Assembly (NCBI GenBank): GCA_051747385.1
Contig: JBNJGB010000023.1
Span: 16,720-80,719, forward strand
Source: Myxococcota bacterium
GTDB lineage: Bacteria > Myxococcota_A > UBA9042 > PHBI01 > JACKFB01
Direction of reading: 5' to 3'
Length of the DNA stretch: 64,000 nucleotides
Under the pieces are notes generated by a model. The model was not told the origin of the DNA, ran no database searches, and was given only the letters and a program-made list of their open reading frames with translations. Of the stretch, positions 52,101-59,975 are shown piece by piece. The translations under genes and the position numbers were made by a program. Positions within the stretch are counted from its first letter, which is position 1. Each line of letters opens with the position of its first letter.

Positions 52101-52984
52101 TAGCGGATCCCCGGCATGACTCCGAGCCACGACAGATAGTAGATCACGCCCCCGCCGAGGAGCAGGCCGGCGGTGAAGAAGAGCAGGCGCCCCGGCCAGG
52201 GGGAGGCGACCTGGGACGTGCGGAAGGTGAAGTCGCCCGTCTTCTGCGAGGTGCTGCGCTTCCGGGCCCCGGGTCGGGCCGTCTCGGAGCCGGGCGTGCG
52301 GGGCTGTCCCTTCTTCTTGGCGGCGGAGCGCTCGGCGGAGCTCGCCGGGGCGGGACGGGGCTTGTTCGACTCGGACCCGGGCGAGGGAGCGGGCATGCCG
52401 TCCGCGGGCGAGGTCGCCTCCAGGGCGTCCACGGGATCCCCCTGGTCCTGGAGGGCCTCCCGGAACGCGGCGTAGTGGCGGAAGGCGCCGTCCCCCCGCG
52501 CGATGCCCAGGCCGCCGCCCTCGTGGCCGGCGGCCCAGCGGCTGGCGGACTCGAAGTCCGGGAAGTGCAGGATCAGGCCCGTGGTCGTGCGGATGCGCCA
52601 GAGAGGCTCCTCCACGGGCAGGGGTGGGGGCCCCGACTGATCGGTGGCGTCGCCTGCCGCCTCGACGCCTAGGTCGTGGGACATCTCGGCGAAGGGATCG
52701 TCCGGCGGGATCTCCTCCGGCGCGGTCGCGGAGCCGGCGCGGGCGGCCTTCGGGGCCGGCGGGTCCGTCGCCCCCCCGTCGGGTACCGGGATCGGCGGCG
52801 GCTTCGTCGGTGGTCGCGGCGGCCCGGCGTCCTTGTCGGTCGCGGGACCGCCCCCGCCCGAGGGTCCCGGCCCCGGCTGGGAGAACCCGCAGTGCGGGCA
52901 CGTCACTTCCGAGGAGGCCTCCTCGAGGGAGGACTCCTCGACCTCGAAGCTGCTCCAACAGCTTATGCAGATGATCTCGGTCAC
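52097..52984 (-). CDS. MJ0042-type zinc-ribbon protein with Pro-rich linker and C-terminal TM anchor
   Basis: MTEIICISCWSSFEVEESSLEEASSEVTCPHCGF (CxxC...CxxC), then long P/G/A-rich low complexity, then the C-terminal helix GRLLFFTAGLLLGGGVIYYLSWLGV. Confidence 0.65.
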   Translation of the reverse strand: MTEIICISCWSSFEVEESSLEEASSEVTCPHCGFSQPGPGPSGGGGPATDKDAGPPRPPTKPPPIPVPDGGATDPPAPKAARAGSATAPEEIPPDDPFAEMSHDLGVEAAGDATDQSGPPPLPVEEPLWRIRTTTGLILHFPDFESASRWAAGHEGGGLGIARGDGAFRHYAAFREALQDQGDPVDALEATSPADGMPAPSPGSESNKPRPAPASSAERSAAKKKGQPRTPGSETARPGARKRSTSQKTGDFTFRTSQVASPWPGRLLFFTAGLLLGGGVIYYLSWLGVMPGIRY

Positions 52985-53187
52985 GGTGTCCGCGCTCGCT
53001 GGTTGCAGCGTGCCCGGTCCCCCTGCGCCCTCGGGGCCCCTCTGCGGGCGTCGGCGGCCCGGGCTCGATGGCCACGGTTTCTAGCACGGCCCTTCGGCCC
53101 CCGGCAACGTGGGCGCGACGCGCGCCCGGGGGGGCCGGCCGGACGACCGCGTGAACCGCGCCGCGGCCGGTGGTACGATGCGCGCCG

Positions 53188-54981
53188 ATGAGCGGCCGCT
53201 TCACCTTCGATCACCTCCTGCAACTGCTCCGGCGTCGCGGCCTGCTCGACGACGAGGTCGCGGAGGATCTCGCCCGCCGGCAGAGCGCCCAGCGCTATCG
53301 CCTGGAGAAGGACCGCGGGATCACCCCCGGCCGCAGCAGCCTCGACGAGGTCACCGCCCCGGAGCTCCTGGCCAGCTTCGAGCCGCGCACCCCGGACGGC
53401 GCGACCCTCACCGAGGACCGCATCATGGAGGTCCTGGCGGAGGAGGAGGCGCTCCCCTACGTCAAGCTCGACCCCCTGGAGCTCGACGCGAACCTCATCA
53501 CGTCGACCCTGTCCAGGCCCTTCGCGCGGAAGCACCGGATGCTCCCCCTGGCGCGGCGGGGCGGCCGCCTGCGCGTGGCCACGGACGACCCCTTCAACCT
53601 GGACGCCCTGGAGTCGGTGCGCTCCATGACCGGGGTGGAGCTGGAGGTGGCGGTCGCCTCCAAGACGGACATCCTGCGCCACATCCGGGAGATCTACGGC
53701 TTCCGCCGCACCCTGGCCGCGGCGGCCCAGGACCTCACCGGCGGGACGGACCTCGGCAACCTCGAGCAGCTGGTCAAGCTGAAGTCCCTCGACGAGATCG
53801 AGGCGACGGATCAGCACATCGTCAACGCCGTGGAGTACCTCCTCCACCACGCGTTCGATCAGCGCGCGAGCGACCTCCACATCGAGCCCAAGCGGGAGTA
53901 CGCCCTGGTCCGGCTGCGCATCGACGGCGTGCTGCACACCGTCCAGCGCGTCCCCAAGGTGGTCCACGCGGCCATGGTGAGCCGCATCAAGACCATGGCG
54001 CGCCTGGACATCGCCGAGAAGCGCCGCCCCCAGGACGGGCGCATCAAGACCCGCCACAAGGACTCGGAGATCGAGCTCCGCGTCTCCACCCTGCCCGTGG
54101 CCTTCGGCGAGAAGATGGTCCTCCGGATCTTCGACCCGGAGGTCCTCCTCCAGGACCTGGACAACCTGGGCTTCACACCCACCGACCTGGAGCGCTTCAA
54201 CGGCTTCATCGGCCGCCCCCACGGCCTGCTCCTGGTCACGGGCCCCACCGGCAGCGGCAAGACGACGACCCTGTACTCCGCGCTCCAGGTGCTCGCCAGC
54301 GACCGCATCAACATCTCCACCATCGAGGACCCCATCGAGATGGTCCTGGAGGAGTTCAACCAGACCGCGGTGAACCCACGGGCGGGCATCACCTTCGCCT
54401 CCTCCCTGCGGACCCTGCTGCGCCAGGACCCCGACGTGATCATGGTCGGCGAGATCCGCGACCAGGACACGGCACGCCACGCCGTGCAGGCGGCGCTGAC
54501 GGGCCACCTCGTCCTGTCCACGCTCCACACCAACGACAGCGCGAGCGCCCTGACCCGCATGGTGGAGCTGGGCGTGGAGCCCTTCCTCGTCGCCTCCACC
54601 GTGGTCGGCGTCATGGCCCAGCGGCTGGTGCGCACCATCTGCCGCGAGTGCAAGGAGCAGACGACCCTGTCCGAGGAGCAGCTCGGCGCCCTGGGGCTGC
54701 CGATCCCCGACGCCGAGGAGGCCCCCCGCCTGCCCGTCTGGTACGGCAAGGGCTGCGTGGAGTGCCGCCACACGGGCCTCCGCGGCCGGAGCGGCGTCTT
54801 CGAGGTCCTGCCGGTGAGCGAGCGCATCCGCCGCCACGTCATCGAGCACGACGCGGCCACGGACATCCTCCGCACCGCGCGCCAGGACGGCATGAAGACC
54901 CTGCGCGAGAACGCCATCAAGAAGCTGGCCCGCGGCGACACCAGCTTCGAGGAGGTGCTCCGCGTGACCGTGGAGCAGTAG
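53188..54981 (+). CDS. GspE/PilB-family secretion ATPase (T2SS/T4P-type), orphan
   Basis: The N-terminal T2SSE_N/MshEN-like region ends ...LRVATDDPFNLDALESVRSMTGVELEVAVASKTDILRHI. Walker A LLLVTGPTGSGKTTTLYSAL. Also DPDVIMVGEIRD, GHLVLSTLHTN and the tetracysteine CRECK...CVECRHTG. ATG 53188 is preferred; GTG 53170 is possible. Confidence 0.9.
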   Translation: MSGRFTFDHLLQLLRRRGLLDDEVAEDLARRQSAQRYRLEKDRGITPGRSSLDEVTAPELLASFEPRTPDGATLTEDRIMEVLAEEEALPYVKLDPLELDANLITSTLSRPFARKHRMLPLARRGGRLRVATDDPFNLDALESVRSMTGVELEVAVASKTDILRHIREIYGFRRTLAAAAQDLTGGTDLGNLEQLVKLKSLDEIEATDQHIVNAVEYLLHHAFDQRASDLHIEPKREYALVRLRIDGVLHTVQRVPKVVHAAMVSRIKTMARLDIAEKRRPQDGRIKTRHKDSEIELRVSTLPVAFGEKMVLRIFDPEVLLQDLDNLGFTPTDLERFNGFIGRPHGLLLVTGPTGSGKTTTLYSALQVLASDRINISTIEDPIEMVLEEFNQTAVNPRAGITFASSLRTLLRQDPDVIMVGEIRDQDTARHAVQAALTGHLVLSTLHTNDSASALTRMVELGVEPFLVASTVVGVMAQRLVRTICRECKEQTTLSEEQLGALGLPIPDAEEAPRLPVWYGKGCVECRHTGLRGRSGVFEVLPVSERIRRHVIEHDAATDILRTARQDGMKTLRENAIKKLARGDTSFEEVLRVTVEQ

Positions 54982-55078
54982 CGCACCGCGAAGGCGCGGA
55001 GAACGTGGGGAGATGAAGTAGGACCGCCGTCCCCGGCGGCGACGGGGGCCGCGGCCGCCGAGAGGTCCGGACCCCTGC

Positions 55079-56392
55079 TCAGCCCGCCGCGCGCCGGAGC
55101 GGGAGGGTCAGGCACCGCGGTCCTCCGCGGCCGCGGACGAGCTCGTGTCCGCCCAGGGCGACCGCGACGCGCCGATCCGGATGGCTCATGTAGAGCATGG
55201 CGTTCGACGCGAAGCGCTCCGGCTCCACGATCTCGTAGCCGACGGCGTTCAGCTCTCGCAGGGTGCGCTCGTTCCGTCCGTAGCTGACGATCACGCCCGG
55301 GGCCAGGGCGAAGGCGTTGGCCCCGTCGGACCACTGCTCGCGCGCCTGGTGGACCGGGTCCTCGCCGCCGCAGGGGATGGCTTCGAGCGAGACGCCCTCC
55401 TCCGCGAGAGCGGCCAGGAGATCCGAGCCGGCGTCCCTCCGGCCCCGCTCGGTGAAGCGGTGCAGGCGCGCGCCGACGGCGTCCGGATCCCGCACCATGG
55501 GCGGATAGACCAGGCAGTGATCCCGGTCGATGCGGGTGAAGAGGGTGTCGATGTGCATGGAGGCCCGCCGCCGCGGCATCTCGCAGGCGAGCACCGTACG
55601 GAAGCCCCGGGCCAGGAGCCTCGGCGCGAGGCGCTCCACGGCCGCCAGGGTGGTGCGGATGCCCACGCCGACGAGCACGACGCCGTCGTCGACGACCTGC
55701 ACGTCGCCGCCCTCGAGGGAGGCGGGAGGGCCGTCCTCCGGCCGGACGGGGCCGTCCTCGGCGATGTCGATCCGGGGCACGTCGCGGAACAGCGGGTGAT
55801 GCCGGGTGATGGTGCGCATGAGGAGCATGTCCCGCCGCCGCGCGGGCTCCGCGCCGTAGGTCAGGACGATGGCGTCCCCGACGGCGGCCGCCAGGTCCCG
55901 CGCGAACAGCGTGTTGGGCAGGGGCCAGCTCAGCACCCGGATCCGCTCGTTGGGCACGTGTCCCTCGATGAGCGCCTCGGCCAGGCGGGTGGCGTCCAGG
56001 CCCTCCAGGACGTCGCGCGAGGCGCGGCACACCTCCTCGGAGGCGTCGTAGGTCTCCCGCTCGAGCGCCAGGGATCCCTCGATGGCCTCCCGGCGTGCCT
56101 CGGGCCTGCCGAGCGTGCTGGCCAGGAGCCAGCGAAAGTCCACGTGCCCGCGCGGGCCGACCACCGCCCGCAGCACCGAGACCAGCTCCGCGTGCTCCCG
56201 CTGCAGGGCGCTCAGCAGCACGAGATCGTCGAACAGCAGGTAGTCGGGGTTTTCCCGCGGCACCCCGTCCGGCCCCGGCCGATAGCGCTCGAGGTTGTCC
56301 GGCACCATGTGGTCGAACTCGCGCCCGGGCGCGCTGGTCACCACCAGCTCCAGGGGATCGATCTCGCTCCGCACGTCGACGGCCACGGTCAT
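55079..56392 (-). CDS. arcA: arginine deiminase family protein
   Basis: VRSEIDPLELVVTSAPGREF...DYLLFDDLVLLSALQREHAELVSVL at the N-terminus. The catalytic Cys context GGPRCLTLPL is near the C-terminus. 437 aa. No arcB/arcC nearby, so the symbol is tentative. Confidence 0.75.
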   Translation of the reverse strand: MTVAVDVRSEIDPLELVVTSAPGREFDHMVPDNLERYRPGPDGVPRENPDYLLFDDLVLLSALQREHAELVSVLRAVVGPRGHVDFRWLLASTLGRPEARREAIEGSLALERETYDASEEVCRASRDVLEGLDATRLAEALIEGHVPNERIRVLSWPLPNTLFARDLAAAVGDAIVLTYGAEPARRRDMLLMRTITRHHPLFRDVPRIDIAEDGPVRPEDGPPASLEGGDVQVVDDGVVLVGVGIRTTLAAVERLAPRLLARGFRTVLACEMPRRRASMHIDTLFTRIDRDHCLVYPPMVRDPDAVGARLHRFTERGRRDAGSDLLAALAEEGVSLEAIPCGGEDPVHQAREQWSDGANAFALAPGVIVSYGRNERTLRELNAVGYEIVEPERFASNAMLYMSHPDRRVAVALGGHELVRGRGGPRCLTLPLRRAAG

Positions 56393-56483
56393 GCTTCACC
56401 TCCCGCGGGAGAGTCTAGCAGGCGGTGTGACGCCGGCGAGGCCGCCTTTCGATGGGTCACCACTCGCCGAGAGCCCGCGAAAC

Positions 56484-56507
56484 GTGGACGTGGACGTGGA
56501 CGTGGAC
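56484..56507. repeat. (GTGGAC)x4 hexanucleotide microsatellite
   Basis: acGTGGACGTGGACGTGGACGTGGACgag, in the arcA-slt intergenic region. Confidence 0.9.
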
Positions 56508-56667
56508 GAGGTCGGGCGCAGCGGGCCCGGCGCTTCGCCCCCATCGGGAGTGGGCTCCGGGCCGTCCCGGGGCGTGCCGCCGGTGCAGGCGGATCGGGGA
56601 GGGACCGCCGGGGACGGCTTACAGTCCTACGCATCTCGGGATGCCGCGGTCTCGCGGACAATCGCGC

Positions 56668-56715
56668 GCCAAGCCGCCAAGCCGCCAAGCCGCCAAGCCG
56701 CCAAGCCGCCAAGAC
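56668..56715. repeat. (GCCAAGCC)x5 plus partial unit, octanucleotide microsatellite
   Basis: gccaagcc repeated at 56668, 56676, 56684, 56692 and 56700, then gccaagac. The 8-nt period cannot be coding. The complement CTTGGCGGCTTGGCG also occurs at 47781-47795. Confidence 0.9.
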
Positions 56716-56800
56716 CCAAAGGCCAGCGAACCGCTTGCACACCGGTTCGGCTGAGACTGTCGGGTCACCGGCAGGCCCACAGCGAGCACACGGGACCGAA

Positions 56801-56843
56801 GCATGCCGCCTTCCTTTGCGTCTTCGTGCCTTTGCGCGAGCCC
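56801..56843 (+). repeat. copy 3 of the dispersed hairpin repeat (core GCCTTTGCGCGAGCC)
   Basis: gcatgccgccttcctttgcGTCTTCGTGCctttGCGCGAGCCc. The stem is 56820-56829 / 56834-56842. It lies 46 nt beyond the slt stop. Confidence 0.6.
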
Positions 56844-56888
56844 TTCGTCTTGCGATATGTGACGAACTGTGAGCCGGGGACGGCGGTC

Positions 56889-59249
56889 CTACTCCATGAA
56901 GGGGCCGAGGGCCAGGGGCAGCTCCCTGGGGACGGTCACGGGGGAGCCGGAGACGTCGTGGAGGCGGCGGTAGATCTCGGAGACGGACACGACGCGCATC
57001 ACATAGCGCCGGGTCTGCATGAAGGGGATCGTCTCCACCCAGGCGTCCGTGTCCATGTGGCCGCGCTCGCGGAGCCACCGGCGCGCGCGGCCCCGTCCCG
57101 CGTTGTAGGCGGCCAGGGCCGGGGCGGGGTTGTCCCGGAAGTGGGTCATGAGCTGCCCGAGCAGGGCCGCGCCCACCGTGAGGTTCGTCTCGGGATCGTG
57201 GAGGGCCCGGCGGCCGACGCGCTTGCCGAGCACCCGGCGGGCCACCCAGCGCGCGGTGGCGGGGAGGAGCTGGGTCAGGCCCACCGCGCCGGCGCCGCTG
57301 GTGGCGCGGTTCCGATAGCGGGACTCCACGTGGACGAGCCCGGCCAGGAGCGGCGCGGGGATGTCGTGGTCCCGGGCCGCCCGCTCCATGACCTTCCCGT
57401 GCTCGAAGGGGAAGGTCTTCACGTAGGTCGGATCCTCCGCGTGCGGGATCTCGGCCAGGACGGCCCCCCGGCGGAGGACCCTCGCGGCCTCGACCTCGTC
57501 GCCGAGCAGGCGCAGCGCGGTGGCCAGCATGGCGCGCCCGCTGCCCGGGAGCCGTTCTCCCGCGTAAAGGGAGCGGAGCTCGTCCGTCGCGTCGGGGATC
57601 TCTCCCAGGCGAAGCCACGCCACGGCCAGGTCCAGCACGGGTCGCCGCACCGCGCGGAGGGCCTCCAGGGGCTGCGGAGGCTCCAGAGGGAGAAGCTCGT
57701 TGGCCGCCATCCGCGGCCCGTGGGGGAGGTGCGTGAAGGCCATCAGGGGCATGTCCGGCCGTGCCAGCAGCCCGTCCCGGCGCTGGGTCGCCAGGATGGC
57801 GTACCAGCCCAGGGGGAAGCGCACGGCCAGGTCGGTGTAGATCCGCACGGCGTCCGCGAGGCGGCCCTGGGCCTCGAGGGCGCGGGCCAGCCAGTAGCTC
57901 CCGCGCTCGCTCCACGTCACTCCGAGGCCGTCCCGATCGCCGCCGTAGCGCTCGACCAGACGCATCAGGTGGACGGTCGCGTCCGCGTGCTCGCCCCGGA
58001 GCCAGGCGGAGAAGCCCACCTCCCACAGGGCCTCGCGCTCGGCGTCGCCCGGTCGTCGCGCGCCCACCGCTCGCCGGAACAGGGCGTCGGCCTCCGCCGG
58101 CATCCCCTCGTGGGCCATGAGGCCGCCGGCCTCCACCAGCGACTCCACGGCCAGCACGTGATCCGGCCACCGGTCGGCCACCTGCTGGTACATCGCCGCC
58201 GCCTCCACGTCCCGCTGCTGGTGGCGGAGGACCAGGGCGTGCCCGACGAGCAGGAACGGCTCGGCCGGCGTCCCCTCCAGGTGCGGGGCCAGGGCCTTCA
58301 GCCGCGCGTCCGACCGCTCCAGGTCGTCGTCGTCCCACCGGGCCAGCACCGCCCGGCCCCAGCGCAGCATGCGGCGCTCCAGCTTGCCGGACGGCTGCCA
58401 GCCCGCCAGCTCCTCGCGGGCCTGGCGCGTGCGCCATCTCGGCGCCTTCAGCACGATCCGGCCGATGCGCTCCACCGGGGACACGGCGCGGTCCAGGTCG
58501 TCCAGCCGCTTCGCGGCGCGCTGTGTGAGCTCGTCGGCCTCCGACTCCCACCACACCTCGCGGAGGAGGCGCGTCGCGGCGTCCCGGTCGTCCGCGGCCT
58601 CCCAGGCCTCGGCGGCCAGAAACGAGATCTCGGCCCGTGACCACCCGTCCATCGGCCGCGCTCGGAGCGACTCCAGGGCGGCGGCCGCGCGGCGGGGCTC
58701 TCCGGCCTCGCGGAGCACGCGAGCCGCCAGGCGGCAGGCCTCCAGGTGCCGAGAGCTGGCCGGCGTCACGTCCAGGAGCACGCGCGCGGCCTCCAGGGGC
58801 TTGCCGACCTCCGCCAGGGCGCGGCCGCGCTCAAGGCGCAGCGGGTCGGCCACGGCGCTGCCGCTGGCGAGCACGGCTTCCTCGTCCTCCCGGGCGCGCT
58901 CGTCCTCCCCGGCCAGCCGGAGCAGGCGGCCGCGAAGCCAGCGCGCCACGACGACGGTGTGGGGATCGCGCCAGGTGAGGCTGGCGGGCTCCGACAGGGC
59001 CGCCTCGAGGGCTGCGATGACCTCGTCCCGAGCCTCCTCGCCCGTCGCCTCCTCGCCCGTCGCCTCCTCGCGCAGGGCCTCCCAGGCCCGCTGGATCTCG
59101 GGCGCCGCCTGCTCGTAGGGCGTCAGATCCCACGTCAGCGACACGTCCGCCTCGTCCGGCAGCGGCACGGCACGCGACGGCCCCACGACGACGAGCGTCG
59201 CGCACACGATGAGCAGGACGAGCAGGGGCTGGAGCGCTGGACGGAACAT
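56889..59249 (-). CDS. slt: soluble lytic murein transglycosylase (Slt70-like: superhelical repeat domain plus SLT domain)
   Basis: Signal peptide MFRPALQPLLVLLIVCATLVVVG, then a long alpha-helical repeat region. The SLT catalytic motif is LLAGLVHVESRYRNRATSGAGAVGLTQLLPATA...AYNAGRGRARRW. Confidence 0.88.
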   Translation of the reverse strand: MFRPALQPLLVLLIVCATLVVVGPSRAVPLPDEADVSLTWDLTPYEQAAPEIQRAWEALREEATGEEATGEEARDEVIAALEAALSEPASLTWRDPHTVVVARWLRGRLLRLAGEDERAREDEEAVLASGSAVADPLRLERGRALAEVGKPLEAARVLLDVTPASSRHLEACRLAARVLREAGEPRRAAAALESLRARPMDGWSRAEISFLAAEAWEAADDRDAATRLLREVWWESEADELTQRAAKRLDDLDRAVSPVERIGRIVLKAPRWRTRQAREELAGWQPSGKLERRMLRWGRAVLARWDDDDLERSDARLKALAPHLEGTPAEPFLLVGHALVLRHQQRDVEAAAMYQQVADRWPDHVLAVESLVEAGGLMAHEGMPAEADALFRRAVGARRPGDAEREALWEVGFSAWLRGEHADATVHLMRLVERYGGDRDGLGVTWSERGSYWLARALEAQGRLADAVRIYTDLAVRFPLGWYAILATQRRDGLLARPDMPLMAFTHLPHGPRMAANELLPLEPPQPLEALRAVRRPVLDLAVAWLRLGEIPDATDELRSLYAGERLPGSGRAMLATALRLLGDEVEAARVLRRGAVLAEIPHAEDPTYVKTFPFEHGKVMERAARDHDIPAPLLAGLVHVESRYRNRATSGAGAVGLTQLLPATARWVARRVLGKRVGRRALHDPETNLTVGAALLGQLMTHFRDNPAPALAAYNAGRGRARRWLRERGHMDTDAWVETIPFMQTRRYVMRVVSVSEIYRRLHDVSGSPVTVPRELPLALGPFME

Positions 59250-59306
59250 GGGGATCGAACCGTATCCCCCGCCGATCCGGATGACAACCTTTGCCGCCCC
59301 GCGCCT

Positions 59307-59350
59307 GGGGTCAAACCTACTCAGTTTTCACTTTTCCGGTGATCCCGGGG
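59307..59350 (+). repeat. copy of the GGGGTCAAACCTAC-type repeat, overlapping the rsmG stop codon
   Basis: GGGGTCAAACCTACTCAGTTTTCACTTTTCCGGTGATCCCGGGG, compared with GGGGTCAAACCTACGCAGTTTTCATTTTTTCGCC and GGTGATCCTGGGG at 47701-47742. The rsmG stop (TGA, 59328-59330) and its last codons lie inside it. Confidence 0.75.
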
Positions 59351-59975
59351 CGCGGTGGACGGCGTTGATGCGCAGCGCGCCGGACAGGGGCAGGCGGAAG
59401 CGGTCCACCAGCCAGGCGTCGCGCACCACCGCGTCGGGGGCGCCCTGGCCCATCATCACCAGGACCAGGCCGCCGGGGGCGACGCGCTCCAGGCCGCGGG
59501 CCAGCCACTCCTCCGGCGGGAACGTGGCCCGGCTGGTCATGGCGCGCGGGCGGAGGTCGTCCATGTCCTCCAGGCGGCCCTCGCGCACCTCCACGCCGTC
59601 CAGGCCCAGGGTCGCCACGGCCTCGCGCATGAAGGCGACCCGCTTGCCGATGGGCTCCAGCAGGGTCAGGCGCAGCGCCGGGCGCGCCGTCGCGAGCACC
59701 AGGCCGGGCAGCCCCGCCCCGGCGCCCACGTCCCACCACGAGGGCGCCAGCGTCTGCACCTCCGGGCGGTCCAGGAGGCGGAGCAGACCCAGGCCGTCGT
59801 GGACGTGGCGATCCACGGCCTGCCGGGCGTCGCAGCGCCCGACGAGGTTCATCCGCCGGTTCCAGCGTAGCAGCAGGGCCACCAGCCGGGAGAGGCGGTC
59901 CGCGGCCCGCGGCTCCAGGGGGACCTCCAGGGCCTCGGCGCCCTCGGCGATCCAGCGCGCGACGTCGTCGCTCAC
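59328..59975 (-). CDS. rsmG: 16S rRNA (guanine527-N7)-methyltransferase RsmG (GidB)
   Basis: RLVALLLRWNRRMNLVGRCDARQAVDRHVHDGLGLL...WWDVGAGAGLPGLVLA (SAM motif). 215 aa. The GTG start overlaps the upstream stop (GTGA). Confidence 0.9.
   Translation of the reverse strand: MSDDVARWIAEGAEALEVPLEPRAADRLSRLVALLLRWNRRMNLVGRCDARQAVDRHVHDGLGLLRLLDRPEVQTLAPSWWDVGAGAGLPGLVLATARPALRLTLLEPIGKRVAFMREAVATLGLDGVEVREGRLEDMDDLRPRAMTSRATFPPEEWLARGLERVAPGGLVLVMMGQGAPDAVVRDAWLVDRFRLPLSGALRINAVHRAPGSPEK

Noticed and set aside
54982-55078. A terminator between the convergent GspE-type ATPase and arcA genes.
   Set aside because: Only short (5-6 bp) GC stems such as CCGCG-aagg-CGCGG and CCCCG...CGGGG are present, with no U-tract. 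This is not distinguishable from background in GC-rich DNA.
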